Assembly (NCBI GenBank): GCA_002840895.1
Contig: PHCZ01000002.1
Location: 250,231 to 314,230 of the forward strand
Length of the DNA: 64,000 nucleotides
Direction of reading: 5' to 3'
From: Bacteroidetes bacterium HGW-Bacteroidetes-8
GTDB taxonomy: Bacteria > Bacteroidota > Bacteroidia > Bacteroidales > UBA932
In this document: piece by piece, positions 50,746 to 61,161 of the stretch
Numbering within the stretch: the stretch's first letter is position 1
How the letters are laid out: every line of letters begins with the position of its first letter
Translations under genes and position numbers: made by a program
Notes under the pieces: model-generated
The model's database searches: none
The model's input: only the letters and a program-made list of their open reading frames with translations
What the model was told of the DNA's origin: nothing

Positions 50746-51618
50746 CTAATAATTATGCTTTATAAAGGTTCTGTTATCAAGCTCCTCAAATGCCAGGTTG
50801 AGCTCTTCCTTTGTGTTCATAACAATTGGACCTCCCCAGGCAATAGGCTCCTTTAGGGGAGCTGCTGCAATCAGAAAAAATCTGGCTCCTTGGCTGCCTG
50901 CTTTCACAACAACCTCGTCAAATTCAGAATCTACATCAGATGTACTTTTTAACAGAATGGCACAAGCCTTCTCCTCAAAATGGACAAAGGGGTCATCTAC
51001 CGATAGTGTTCCGTCAATCAGATATAGAAAGAGGGTCTCATTATTGGGTGTCTCGTGATAGCTCCACACAGTGTTTGGTTTGAGCTCCACATCCAGATAC
51101 TGAACCTTCACAAAATCTCCCGAAACGGCCCCTTTTTGGTTTTTATAGCTACCGGACATCACCCTAATCTGCGCGTTATCCTCCTCTATAACAGGCATAT
51201 CTTCGCACCTAATGTCACGGTATGCCGGATAGGTCATCTTATCCTTTGCAGGGAGATTAACCCAAAGCTGACAACCCAGCATTCTGTCTGACTCCTTTGG
51301 CATCTCCTGGTGAATAATTCCGGAGCCGGCGGTCATCCACTGGCATTGCAGATCTCCAATCACTCCGGCATTTCCCAAGCTGTCGCCGTGCTCGATTTTC
51401 CCTTTTAACAGGTAGGTGACAGTTTCAATTCCGCGGTGCGGATGCCACGGAAATCCTTTGATATAATCATTAGGATCTTTCGAGTCAAATCCATCCAACA
51501 TCAAAAACGGATCAAACTCTTTTACTGTTCTTAATCCCAGCACTCTGCGCAGGTGCACCCCTGCTCCGTCAACGGCGTGCGTACCCCTAATGACTTGTGA
51601 TGATTCTCTTTTAGACAT
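50746..51618 (-). CDS. Pirin family protein
   Basis: DPFLMLD, GFPWHPHRGIETVTY, WMTAGSGIIHQE, GGPIVMN. Confidence 0.93.
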   Translation of the reverse strand: MSKRESSQVIRGTHAVDGAGVHLRRVLGLRTVKEFDPFLMLDGFDSKDPNDYIKGFPWHPHRGIETVTYLLKGKIEHGDSLGNAGVIGDLQCQWMTAGSGIIHQEMPKESDRMLGCQLWVNLPAKDKMTYPAYRDIRCEDMPVIEEDNAQIRVMSGSYKNQKGAVSGDFVKVQYLDVELKPNTVWSYHETPNNETLFLYLIDGTLSVDDPFVHFEEKACAILLKSTSDVDSEFDEVVVKAGSQGARFFLIAAAPLKEPIAWGGPIVMNTKEELNLAFEELDNRTFIKHNY

Positions 51619-51670
51619 AATAGGAAAATTTTAGAGTCGAATTTTCAATAAATCTACTCAAAAATATACT

Positions 51671-51776
51671 TTTATTCGAAAGCATTTGGCAAGTTGGCGA
51701 GTTTTTATTAGTATAGTTGGCGCATTTTCATTCCTACAGTTGGCAACTGCAGAAAATAATCCCACCTTCGAATAAA
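51671..51776. repeat. Three AGTTGGC direct repeats at an exact 23-bp period, bracketed by 10-bp inverted repeats
   Basis: AGTTGGC at 51692, 51715 and 51738; TTTATTCGAA at 51671 and TTCGAATAAA at 51767. Confidence 0.7.
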
Positions 51777-51824
51777 CTTAACAATTTCTTAATGTATTTC
51801 AAAATAATGAGGTATAAGTTTAAT

Positions 51825-51832
51825 TAATTTTG
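51825..51832 (+). promoter_or_regulatory. Bacteroidetes -7 box (TAATTTTG) for the PiT gene
   Basis: TAnnTTTG 23 nt upstream of ATG 51855. Confidence 0.55.
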
Positions 51833-51854
51833 CAAATAATTATTTACACAAAAT

Positions 51855-54074
51855 ATGGAGTCTATTTATCTGATACTCATTATTGTTTTGTTCCTGCTTG
51901 CAATTTCTGACCTTATTGTGGGGGTTAGCAATGATGCAGTTAACTTCTTAAACTCCGCTGTAGGTTCAAAAGCTGCATCCATTAAAATTTTAATGATTGT
52001 AGCTGCTGTCGGAGTTTTAGCCGGAACGGTTTTTTCGGGTGGTATGATGGAGATAGCCAGGAGCGGAGTTTTCTATCCCGACAAGTTCACTTTTGCCCAT
52101 ATTATGTTGATTTTTCTGGCGGTTATGATTACCGACGTGGTATTGCTTGACGCATTTAACACCATAGGCTTTCCTACCTCCACTACAGTTTCGCTGGTTT
52201 TTGAACTTTTGGGAGCTTCTGTGGCGATTGCAGTGTTTAACATTGCCGCAAGCGGAGAATCTACACAGCTTGGAGAGTATATCAACGCCGGAAAGGCATT
52301 AACAGTGGTTTCCGGTATATTGATATCTATCCTTATCGCTTTTACTGTCGGTGCCATTATTCAGTATTTTACCAGACTCATTTTTACTTTTAACTATGAG
52401 AAAAAACTAAAATACCTTGGAGGGCTATTTGGTGGAGTAGCGATTACCACCATACTGTACTTTATTCTAATTAAAGGTGCTAAGGATGCAGCCTTTATGA
52501 CACCCGCCAACTACCAATGGATTAAAGAGAATAGTTCACAGATTCTATTATTGTTTTTTGCGGGCATCACCACTTTGCTCTATCTGCTTAATTTTTTATT
52601 CAAAATTAATGTTCTCAAAATTGTTGTATTGGCTGGAACATTTGCTCTGGCAATGGCATTTGCCGGTAACGACCTTGTGAATTTTATTGGAGTTCCGTTG
52701 GCCGGCTATGACTCTTTTATGTCATTTATTAACAGCCCCGGCGCTAGTCCCGATACATTTACAATGGAGTCGCTCAGCGGAGCGGTAAAGACTCCCCATA
52801 TATTCCTGCTTCTGTCGGGTGTAATTATGGTTATTACACTTTATAGGTCGAAAAAAGCCCGTACTGTAATTATGACCGAAGTAAACCTGACCCGCCAGGA
52901 TGATGACGGTGAAGAGAGGTTTGGGTCCTCGGCTTTATCAAGGGGTATTGTGAGCATATCACTTGGCATAAACAATTTTTTCTCAGCTTTTCTACCCGAA
53001 AGATATAAAAAGTGGGTATCCGGAAGGTTTGCTCCCCTTCCCCAAAAGAAAAAAGAGAAAAACCTGCCGGCTTTTGATCTTCTAAGGGCATCGGTGAATC
53101 TAGTGGTGTCCAGCGCCCTTATTGCACTTGGAACCTCATTGAAACTTCCACTTTCTACCACTTATGTTACATTTATGGTAGCTATGAGTACAAGTCTTTC
53201 CGATGGTGCCTGGGATAGAGAGAGTGCTGTCTATAGGATTACCGGTGTTTTTTCCGTCATTGGAGGTTGGTTTTTCACTGCAATATCTGCATTTACATTG
53301 GCTTTTATACTCGCATCCCTCTTTTTTTATGGTGGGGTAATTGCCATATTTGCAATGATCTCCCTCGCTGTTTTTATGGCTTACAGAACACATAGAATTC
53401 ACCTGAAAAAAGAAGAGACCGGTAAAGCCTCAAAGGCAGATGAAGAAGCTTTAACTTCGGGGAATGAAAATGAGTTCTTTATTAAAAATGCACAGGAGGT
53501 TTTTACAAAAGTAAACGATTATTATTATCAAATAATTGCAGGCACCGAAAGTGCTTCCATAACCGAACTAAAGACTGTTAGAAAGAATATTGCGTTTATT
53601 CAAAAGAGGGCAAGTATGCACAGAAAAATTCTTTCACGGTTGCTCAAAGGAACTGTTGAACTTGACGCAGATCAAGCCTATTTTACAATCAGAACTCAGG
53701 ATAACCTTTTAGAGATCATTAGCTGTATCGACACAATTGCGTGTGCTTCATATAAACATCTGGCAAACTACCACAAGCCATTTAACCATCTGCAATTTGC
53801 AGACCTTAAGGCAATAACAGCACAATTCACCCTCTTTTTGAACGGCATAACACAAATTGTTGCTAAGCTTGATAATGATGCCTTGGTTGATATAGAAAAT
53901 CTTAAAAATACCACTGAAAGTGAAATTGAGAAGATTAGCAAAAACGAAGTAAAAAGAATCCGCGAAGAGATGACCGGCAACCGAAACAGCATACTATTTA
54001 TGAGTATACTGCAGGAAACGAGAAACATCGTGTACTTTTCTTCCCAGTTTATTAAGAATATGAATATGAAATAG
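51855..54074 (+). CDS. PiT-family inorganic phosphate transporter with C-terminal PhoU-like helical domain
   Basis: Duplicated signature GVSNDAVN and AFAGNDLVN, PTSTT and PLSTT, many TMs, soluble C-terminus. Confidence 0.9.
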   Translation: MESIYLILIIVLFLLAISDLIVGVSNDAVNFLNSAVGSKAASIKILMIVAAVGVLAGTVFSGGMMEIARSGVFYPDKFTFAHIMLIFLAVMITDVVLLDAFNTIGFPTSTTVSLVFELLGASVAIAVFNIAASGESTQLGEYINAGKALTVVSGILISILIAFTVGAIIQYFTRLIFTFNYEKKLKYLGGLFGGVAITTILYFILIKGAKDAAFMTPANYQWIKENSSQILLLFFAGITTLLYLLNFLFKINVLKIVVLAGTFALAMAFAGNDLVNFIGVPLAGYDSFMSFINSPGASPDTFTMESLSGAVKTPHIFLLLSGVIMVITLYRSKKARTVIMTEVNLTRQDDDGEERFGSSALSRGIVSISLGINNFFSAFLPERYKKWVSGRFAPLPQKKKEKNLPAFDLLRASVNLVVSSALIALGTSLKLPLSTTYVTFMVAMSTSLSDGAWDRESAVYRITGVFSVIGGWFFTAISAFTLAFILASLFFYGGVIAIFAMISLAVFMAYRTHRIHLKKEETGKASKADEEALTSGNENEFFIKNAQEVFTKVNDYYYQIIAGTESASITELKTVRKNIAFIQKRASMHRKILSRLLKGTVELDADQAYFTIRTQDNLLEIISCIDTIACASYKHLANYHKPFNHLQFADLKAITAQFTLFLNGITQIVAKLDNDALVDIENLKNTTESEIEKISKNEVKRIREEMTGNRNSILFMSILQETRNIVYFSSQFIKNMNMK

Positions 54075-54117
54075 AATATACTTAGAAGTAGGTTATATTA
54101 TATTAAGAAAAAATTTT

Positions 54118-54144
54118 TACATTTGCAGACCAAACGGTCGGTTT
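54118..54144 (+). promoter_or_regulatory. -7 box plus probable TetR operator abutting the tetR ATG
   Basis: TACATTTG at 54118-54125, then imperfect palindrome AGACCAAACGGTCGGTTT at 54127-54144 (12/18 self-complementary). Confidence 0.65.
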
Positions 54145-54756
54145 ATGAAAGAATCAAAAGAACATATAATTATTGTTGCCTCTAGGCTGTTTATGCAGAA
54201 AAGCTTTAAAGAGGTTACTATGAGCGAAATAGTCAAGGAGACAGGGCTCTCTAAAGGGGCGTTTTATTACCATTTCAAAAGTAAGGAGGAGCTCTTCTCG
54301 GAAGTACTTACATATTTCTTCCTGAATGTGACCAAGCTTAACTATGACAAATATTCTTCGCAATCACTTCATCAGTTCTATAATGATATTGCAATGGGAA
54401 TAAACTCTCTTACAGGGTTTTACATAGAGAAATTTAAGGGAAGTATGGAGGTGAGTGAGCTATCAATCAACTACTTTACCCTTATGTTTGATGCAATAAA
54501 ACTCTTTCCGGAATTAAGGCAGAGAATTGTCGATTTTCTGTATAATGAGAGAAAACAATGGACAGAGGTCATCAAAACGGCTCGCGAGAGAGGTGAGATA
54601 AAATCGGCAATGAGTGACGAGCAGCTTGCAAAGATATTTATAAGTATAAGTGACGGAGTAGGAATGCATCTTATTATACAAGGGGTGCCTTTCGATAAGA
54701 TAGCAGCACCACTGGTAGAGTTATGGGACAAACTCTACGAACAAATTAAAGTCTGA
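54145..54756 (+). CDS. TetR/AcrR-family regulator
   Basis: HTH: VTMSEIVKETGLSKGAFYYHFKSKEELF. Confidence 0.93.
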   Translation: MKESKEHIIIVASRLFMQKSFKEVTMSEIVKETGLSKGAFYYHFKSKEELFSEVLTYFFLNVTKLNYDKYSSQSLHQFYNDIAMGINSLTGFYIEKFKGSMEVSELSINYFTLMFDAIKLFPELRQRIVDFLYNERKQWTEVIKTARERGEIKSAMSDEQLAKIFISISDGVGMHLIIQGVPFDKIAAPLVELWDKLYEQIKV

Positions 54757-54763
54757 TAAAAAA

Positions 54764-56101
54764 ATGATCAAAACACTAATCACCACCCTTGCAATAATGT
54801 CTGTATTGCAGGTCTACTCACAAAACAACACTAACGTTGTTGCTCTCTCTCTGGAAAAGGCATCACTTCTAGGGATAGAGAGAAATGTGAACGTTAAAAA
54901 CGCAGAACTAGAAACAGAGAAGAGCCGATTTCAGCTTAAGGAGGCACAAAGCAAACTTTATCCGCAACTTGAGGGATATAGCACGTTCAGTTACTATTTT
55001 GCAATACCCAAAATGATTGTTCCGGGAGAAATATTCGGACAGACAGGTCTTATACCAATAGAGATTGGGACAAAATTTGACTGGAACAACGGCTTCAAGG
55101 CCACACAGCTACTATACAGCCAGAGCTATTTTACATCTATAAAGATTGCCCGAGAGATGGAGAACCTAACCAGACTCTCACTTGAAAAGCAGAAAGAGGA
55201 GGTTGTGCTGCAGGTTTCACAGATATATTATTTGTGTCTGAACACCTCAAAACAGGCAGAGCTTCTCCGAAAGACACTCGCCAGTACCGACCAGCTGCTT
55301 GAGATAACAAAACTTCAGAGTCAGAACGGTGTGATACGCAAGGTAGACCACTCAAGGGTGCAGGTTAACAGAAGCAATCTTCAGACTCAGATAGACAACA
55401 TAGATCAATTGTATACTCAACAACTTGGGCTTTTAAAGTACTTGATTGGCATTGAACAAACGAAAGATATTAGACTAACTGACACTCTTGAGGGAGGAGC
55501 CTATCTGACCCCATCTGACAGTATTGACACTCATAAAAGACTTGAAATACAGTTACTTGAAAACAGAATTAAACTGACTGAGCTTTCTCGTAAAAGTGTT
55601 AATGCAGCCAACGTTCCTACTCTGGCAGGATTCGGCCAGTACTACATTCAGGGGCAGAGAAACGAGTTCGACTATTTTAAAAGCGGGGGAGGTAACAAGT
55701 TCTATCAGGTTGGAGTTGTAGGAATAAGCCTGAACGTTCCAATTTTTGACGGTTTTGCAAGAAGGTCCAAAACAAAACAATACCTCATAGAGCTAAACCA
55801 ATTGGAAAACTCAAAAAAGAGTTCAATGGAATTCTTCTCAAAGGAGTACACCGATGCCGTAACGCAATATAAAAACAGTTACAATGCACTTACAAGACAA
55901 AGAGAAAATATAGCCGTTGCAGAAGAGACATATAAAATCAGTCTGGATGGATATAAACAACAAGTGTTGTCTTTGTCGGACCTGCTAATGTCGGAGAGCA
56001 GTCTTACAGAGGCCAGACTCTCATACTATAATTCAGTAATGCAGTTCAATTATGCAGAGCTTGAACTAAAAAAAGCAAAAGGAGAACTATTAAATTTTTA
56101 A
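54764..56101 (+). CDS. TolC-family outer-membrane efflux protein
   Basis: Signal peptide, two outer-membrane efflux repeats (LYPQL...; VPTL...SLNVPIFDG), C-terminal AKGEL. Confidence 0.9.
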   Translation: MIKTLITTLAIMSVLQVYSQNNTNVVALSLEKASLLGIERNVNVKNAELETEKSRFQLKEAQSKLYPQLEGYSTFSYYFAIPKMIVPGEIFGQTGLIPIEIGTKFDWNNGFKATQLLYSQSYFTSIKIAREMENLTRLSLEKQKEEVVLQVSQIYYLCLNTSKQAELLRKTLASTDQLLEITKLQSQNGVIRKVDHSRVQVNRSNLQTQIDNIDQLYTQQLGLLKYLIGIEQTKDIRLTDTLEGGAYLTPSDSIDTHKRLEIQLLENRIKLTELSRKSVNAANVPTLAGFGQYYIQGQRNEFDYFKSGGGNKFYQVGVVGISLNVPIFDGFARRSKTKQYLIELNQLENSKKSSMEFFSKEYTDAVTQYKNSYNALTRQRENIAVAEETYKISLDGYKQQVLSLSDLLMSESSLTEARLSYYNSVMQFNYAELELKKAKGELLNF

Positions 56102-56116
56102 GGAAAAATCACAGAT

Positions 56117-57181
56117 ATGAAAATCTTGAAGAAATACTCAATTATCCTGATAATCCTGGTGATAGTAGCACTGGTGGTTTTCAGACTATTCGGCAACAAG
56201 GCCAAAATGGATGCAGATCTAAAACAGATGATCGAATACAGCTCTGTCATCCCGATAGAGGTGATAACACCGGAAATTCAGGAGTCGTCGGTTTCTATTG
56301 AGGAGAACGGTGTAACCAAGTCTGGTGCAGAGATTAATATATTGTCCGAGACAGCAGGTAAAGTTGTCTATGTCTACGGGAAACCAGGAGACCATATATC
56401 TGTTGGACAGACGCTTGTACAGGTAGAGAAGGAGGTTGTGGAGAGCCAGTATAAACTTGCCAAACTCAATCTTGAGAATGCAGAGAGAGACAACTCCCGT
56501 TTCAGCAACCTGGCAGGTGGCGATGCGATTACCCAACAACAGCTCGAGGCTGCCAGGCTAAATCTTCTGAGTGCTCAGACCACATACACCGCGGCACATA
56601 AACAGCTTCAAAACACAGAGATAAAATCCACTGTAAATGGGATAATTGCAAAGCGTATGATTGAGGTTGGAGACAATCTTCTGCCAACAATGCCTGTATT
56701 CTTAGTTCTGGAGAGAAACAGGATGATGTTTTTAGTGAAGCTTGCAGAAAATGACCTTAATAAAATAAGCAAGGGACAAAAAGCAGAACTGACTTTAGAT
56801 GCCATTAAGGGAAAAGTTTTAAGAGGAGAGGTACAGACTGTAGGCGTTGTTGCAGATATGTCCGGTCGTTACGATACCGAGATTCGGATATTTGACCAGG
56901 ATATCAACCTGAGAAGTGGACTTAGCGGGAAGGTAAAATTTGCCGGTGTCGTTTCATATAAGGGAGTTACAATACCACGGAAGTGCATTACAGGAAGCAT
57001 TAATAATGCATCTGTATATCTGTTACAGGGAGATTCCGTGGTATCAAGAAAGGTACTTGCAACCTCTATAGATGATACAAGGGTATTGGTGACAGATGGC
57101 CTTGGAACAAACGAGAAGGTTGTACTGACAGGCCAGATTAACCTCCAGGATGGTACTAAAGTGAGGGTGTTAAACAAATGA
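56117..57181 (+). CDS. RND efflux periplasmic adaptor (MFP)
   Basis: N-terminal TM, lipoyl-like SETAGKV and IKSTVNGII, GLGTNEKVVLTGQINLQDG. Confidence 0.9.
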   Translation: MKILKKYSIILIILVIVALVVFRLFGNKAKMDADLKQMIEYSSVIPIEVITPEIQESSVSIEENGVTKSGAEINILSETAGKVVYVYGKPGDHISVGQTLVQVEKEVVESQYKLAKLNLENAERDNSRFSNLAGGDAITQQQLEAARLNLLSAQTTYTAAHKQLQNTEIKSTVNGIIAKRMIEVGDNLLPTMPVFLVLERNRMMFLVKLAENDLNKISKGQKAELTLDAIKGKVLRGEVQTVGVVADMSGRYDTEIRIFDQDINLRSGLSGKVKFAGVVSYKGVTIPRKCITGSINNASVYLLQGDSVVSRKVLATSIDDTRVLVTDGLGTNEKVVLTGQINLQDGTKVRVLNK

Positions 57182-57191
57182 TTTGAGAGTT

Positions 57192-60100
57192 ATGAATTTA
57201 TCAGACATATCTATAAAGCGACCCACCCTAATTGTGGTACTTTTTACCACGATTCTGTTTCTTGGGTATATGAGCTTCAATTCGCTCAACTATGAGCTGT
57301 TTCCAAAATTTTCATCTCCTCTCTTTACAATATCGGCAGTTTACCCCGGAGCAGGTCCACTTGAGGTTGAGAACAGTGTCTCCAAAAAGATAGAGGAGGC
57401 AATATCGGGACTTCCAAGTATAGATGTAATCCGTTCGGTTTCTCAGGAGGGGATCTCTGTGGTTATAGTAACCCTTAAGACGGGAGCCGACGTTGATGCA
57501 ATTGTGAGTGACGCTGTGCGGAAGGTGCAATCTATCAGAGGATTATTGCCACCTCAGGTTCTTGAACCTGTAATCACCAAATTTTCTATGACCGATTTCC
57601 CTATAATGATACTCAGCGCAAGCTCAGATATGCCGGCTGCAAAGTTTTATGACGAACTAAACTACCGGATAAAACCATCTCTCACAAAGCTTGACGGAGT
57701 TGGTGAGATAACTATGCTGGGTGGTACAGAGAGGGAGATTCAGGTAAATGTAAACCATAACAAACTGGATAACTATAATTTATCAATCTTACAGATAGTT
57801 CAGGCAATCCAGACATCAAACATAGACTTTCCGGCAGGCAAGATCTCCGGTTCAACCAGTCAGACCCTTTTGAGAATCTCTTCAAAGTACAGAAAGGTGA
57901 CAGACATTGCGGAAATCACAGTTGCTCAGAAGCCCGACGGCTCTCTTGTAAAGCTTAAGGACATTGCAGAGGTTATAGATACCGAAAAGGATGTGACCTC
58001 GCTGTATCGTGTTAATGGGGCACAATCTGTGGGACTGCAGATAAGAAAACAGGATGATGCCAACACAGTTACAGTCTGCAGTGCAATCAAGGAGGAGATA
58101 AGCAAGCTCGAGAAGCAGTATGAGGGGGTGAATATGAAATTTTCAATTTCACAGGATGGATCTGTCGTAATTCTGGATGCAGCAAAATCAGTCGCGAAAG
58201 ACCTTATTATGGCTATTGTGCTGGTTACAATTATTATGATATTTTTCCTACACAGTATAAGAAATGCAATTATTGTGATGATTGCAGTTCCTCTATCGTT
58301 GGTTGGGTCGTTTATCGGAATGGAGGTGTTCGGATACACGCTTAACCTTATGACTCTGTTGGCAATGTCGCTGGTAATCGGTACACTTGTGGACGATGCA
58401 ATTGTTGTTCTTGAGAATATCTACCGTCACCTGGAGATGGGCAAAACCAGAATGCAGGCTACTATAGATGCGGTCAAGGAGATTGGTCTTAGTGTAGTCT
58501 CTATTACAATGGTGCTTGTTGTGGTTTTTCTCCCTGTTGCCTTGTCGGAGAGTATGATTACACCAATAATAGCACCATTTGCAATGGTGATAGTAATTAC
58601 TGTAATGATAAGCCTGTTGGTGGCCTTCACAGTTGTTCCGCTTTTAACCTCAAGGTTCTCGAAGCTTGAGAGGTTCGATAAGCGAACTCTTTGGGGGAGG
58701 ATAATATCGGTATTTGAATCAGGAGTAGACATTTTCACCAAAGAAATAATAAAAATCCTAGGATGGTCGCTGCGACATAAATTTGCAACAATAACTTTTG
58801 CCACAATGCTGTTTATAAGCTCATTGATGCTTCCTGCTGCCGGATTTATCGGGAGCGAGTTCATAAATGTAGGTGATGTTGGTGAGTGTATTATATCAAT
58901 TGAGTATCCAAAAAGTTATACTCTTGAACAGAATAATGCCCTTACCAGAAAGATAGAGGATGTGATAAGCAAAAAACCGGAGGTTACAAAACTTTACACA
59001 ACTGTAGGAAGCGTATCCGGTATACTTATGTCTCAAAGCGGTAACTACAAATCTGAGATAAACATTAAGCTGACCGATAAGAACAACCGTGATATTTCAT
59101 CTGCCCTTTTTATTAAAAGACTGGAAAGAGAGCTCAATGAGAACTTTGCAGATATCAAGGTGCGTTCTGCTGTTGTGAGTATGGTTGGAGGGGCAGATGA
59201 GGCTCCCATCCAGATTGTGTTCCGGTCTGCAAATACCGACACCCTCTATGCTTTTGCAGAAATAATGAGACAGGCAATAGCAAAGGTGCCGGGAACCAAT
59301 AATGTGAAGTTGAGTATTGAAGGTGGTATTCCTGAGATTGTTATCAAGCTGGATAAAGACAAAATGGCAAGACTAAACCTCTCTCCGGAGATTGTTGGAG
59401 CAACCATACAGACATCGTTCAGTGGAAACAACAACAGTAAATTCCAGTCAGGCGAATTTGAGTATGACATAAATGTAAGATTGGATGCATTTAACCGCCA
59501 GTCTCTCTCCGATGTTGAGAACCTTACCTTTGTAAATAACTTTGGACAGACAGTTAAACTGAAACAAATTGCAGACATCAGCGAGCAGGATGGTACAACA
59601 AAACTGGAAAGATATGGACGTATCTCCTCAATAGTTCTTGAGGGTCAGGCTTTGGGTAGAACAGTGGGGGACATTGGGAAAGATATCTTCGCCCTTCTGG
59701 ACAACACAAAGTTTCCTCAGGGAGTCACCTATCTTCCGGAGGCTGACCTTAAGTATCAGAGTGATGCCTTTGGTAGCCTGGGTGCTGCAATGCTTATAGC
59801 AATCGTGCTCGTGTACCTTATAATGGTTGCTTTGTATGAGAGCTACCTCCATCCGTTTGTTATACTTTTTTCAATTCCGCTCTCAATCATAGGGGCACTA
59901 TATGCACTAGCTCTCTCGCAGCAGTCACTTAGTATATTCAGTATAATAGGGATGATAATACTTGTGGGGCTGGTGGCGAAGAATGCCATTCTTGTGGTGG
60001 ACTTTACCAACACCCTCAGAAAAGAGGGGAAGGAGCTTAAGGATGCTCTTATTTCTGCAGTACATCTGCGATTGAGGCCAATACTAATGACTGCTATATC

Positions 60101-60284
60101 TACTGTTGTGGGTATGATGCCGATAGCTCTCTCGCACGGCACAGGAAGTGAGTGGAAAAGTGGTCTTGGATGGGTGTTGATCGGCGGAATGACAAGTTCA
60201 ATGCTACTCTCAATGATTATTGTTCCCGTGGTATATATAATGGCAGAAGATGTTAAAATCCGGGTAAAGCGTTGGTTCAGCTAA
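57192..60284 (+). CDS. RND efflux permease (AcrB/HAE1 family)
   Basis: SIKRP, LVDDAIVVLENI, KNAILVVD, RLRPILMT. ATG 57192 preferred over TTG 57183. Confidence 0.95.
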   Translation: MNLSDISIKRPTLIVVLFTTILFLGYMSFNSLNYELFPKFSSPLFTISAVYPGAGPLEVENSVSKKIEEAISGLPSIDVIRSVSQEGISVVIVTLKTGADVDAIVSDAVRKVQSIRGLLPPQVLEPVITKFSMTDFPIMILSASSDMPAAKFYDELNYRIKPSLTKLDGVGEITMLGGTEREIQVNVNHNKLDNYNLSILQIVQAIQTSNIDFPAGKISGSTSQTLLRISSKYRKVTDIAEITVAQKPDGSLVKLKDIAEVIDTEKDVTSLYRVNGAQSVGLQIRKQDDANTVTVCSAIKEEISKLEKQYEGVNMKFSISQDGSVVILDAAKSVAKDLIMAIVLVTIIMIFFLHSIRNAIIVMIAVPLSLVGSFIGMEVFGYTLNLMTLLAMSLVIGTLVDDAIVVLENIYRHLEMGKTRMQATIDAVKEIGLSVVSITMVLVVVFLPVALSESMITPIIAPFAMVIVITVMISLLVAFTVVPLLTSRFSKLERFDKRTLWGRIISVFESGVDIFTKEIIKILGWSLRHKFATITFATMLFISSLMLPAAGFIGSEFINVGDVGECIISIEYPKSYTLEQNNALTRKIEDVISKKPEVTKLYTTVGSVSGILMSQSGNYKSEINIKLTDKNNRDISSALFIKRLERELNENFADIKVRSAVVSMVGGADEAPIQIVFRSANTDTLYAFAEIMRQAIAKVPGTNNVKLSIEGGIPEIVIKLDKDKMARLNLSPEIVGATIQTSFSGNNNSKFQSGEFEYDINVRLDAFNRQSLSDVENLTFVNNFGQTVKLKQIADISEQDGTTKLERYGRISSIVLEGQALGRTVGDIGKDIFALLDNTKFPQGVTYLPEADLKYQSDAFGSLGAAMLIAIVLVYLIMVALYESYLHPFVILFSIPLSIIGALYALALSQQSLSIFSIIGMIILVGLVAKNAILVVDFTNTLRKEGKELKDALISAVHLRLRPILMTAISTVVGMMPIALSHGTGSEWKSGLGWVLIGGMTSSMLLSMIIVPVVYIMAEDVKIRVKRWFS

Positions 60285-60531
60285 TAATAATTGGGCTGCA
60301 GTCATTATAATTAAGCGATAGTCCTACTATTTTCTCATCAAGACTTAAAACCTTCACTATTAGCTACAATTTTCAAAGAATTAGTTTAGCTTCTTATGGA
60401 TTTGTTTGATTGTAAAAGTATCTAGTTGCTTCATAATATCTGTTTGAGACTCTAAATAGATGAAATAATCGGTCCCTATGTTTTGTCTTACGTATACAAA
60501 ACAATTATTATTAAATTTACGATAGTATTGT

Positions 60532-60556
60532 TAGGGATTATTCCTTTTTATGTTCT
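60532..60556 (+). promoter_or_regulatory. Putative ECF promoter, copy 1 (TAGGGA-N14-GTTCT)
   Basis: 13 nt upstream of ATG 60570; same boxes and spacing as the copy at 62215. Confidence 0.6.
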
Positions 60557-60569
60557 ATATATTCAGAAT

Positions 60570-61151
60570 ATGGTTTTAAAACTGGGCCGAGCAGAGCAGT
60601 TTCCAAATGCAAAACTTTTTGAAGATATCTACCGGAGACACTTCAAAAAGGTGGTATATTTTGCTTACCGCTACCTGAATGACCAGGAGAAAGCTCAAAA
60701 TATAGCCCAGGATGTTTTTCTGGCACTTTGGGGTCAGATGGAAGTTCTCGACAAGAACGGAGAGGTGTTACCCTATCTCTTTATACTGACTAAATACAGA
60801 TGTCTTAATTGGTTAAGAAAAGAGAAACAGCATTTGAAATTCAAAAGCAACACACTTACCAATTATGATATCTCAATAACCGCTCTTGCTGATGACAGCT
60901 CAACTTCGCTTTATCATACAGAGATTGAGGTTTTGGTAAATGAAGCATTAAAGAAAATGCCTGACAAAGTCAAGGACACATTTGTTTTAAGCAGGTTTAA
61001 GAATTTAAAAAACAAAGAGATAGCTACTTTGCAGAATATTTCGGTTAAAACAGTTGAGTACAGGATCTCTTTTGCGTTCCGGGTATTAAGAAAGATATTA
61101 AAGGATTATGTTAGTATAGTTCTTATAATGTCGGCAAAATTCTTTTGTTAA
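60570..61151 (+). CDS. ECF RNA polymerase sigma-70 factor
   Basis: AQNIAQDVFLALW, KNKEIATLQNISVKTVEYRI. Start moved to ATG 60570 (the track uses TTG 60483). Confidence 0.9.
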   Translation: MVLKLGRAEQFPNAKLFEDIYRRHFKKVVYFAYRYLNDQEKAQNIAQDVFLALWGQMEVLDKNGEVLPYLFILTKYRCLNWLRKEKQHLKFKSNTLTNYDISITALADDSSTSLYHTEIEVLVNEALKKMPDKVKDTFVLSRFKNLKNKEIATLQNISVKTVEYRISFAFRVLRKILKDYVSIVLIMSAKFFC

Positions 61152-61161
61152 ATAATAGATT

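Noticed and set aside
60483-60569. N-terminal TM-like extension on the third ECF sigma
   Set aside because: Comes from a TTG start that runs through the putative promoter; ATG 60570 gives a normal-length sigma.
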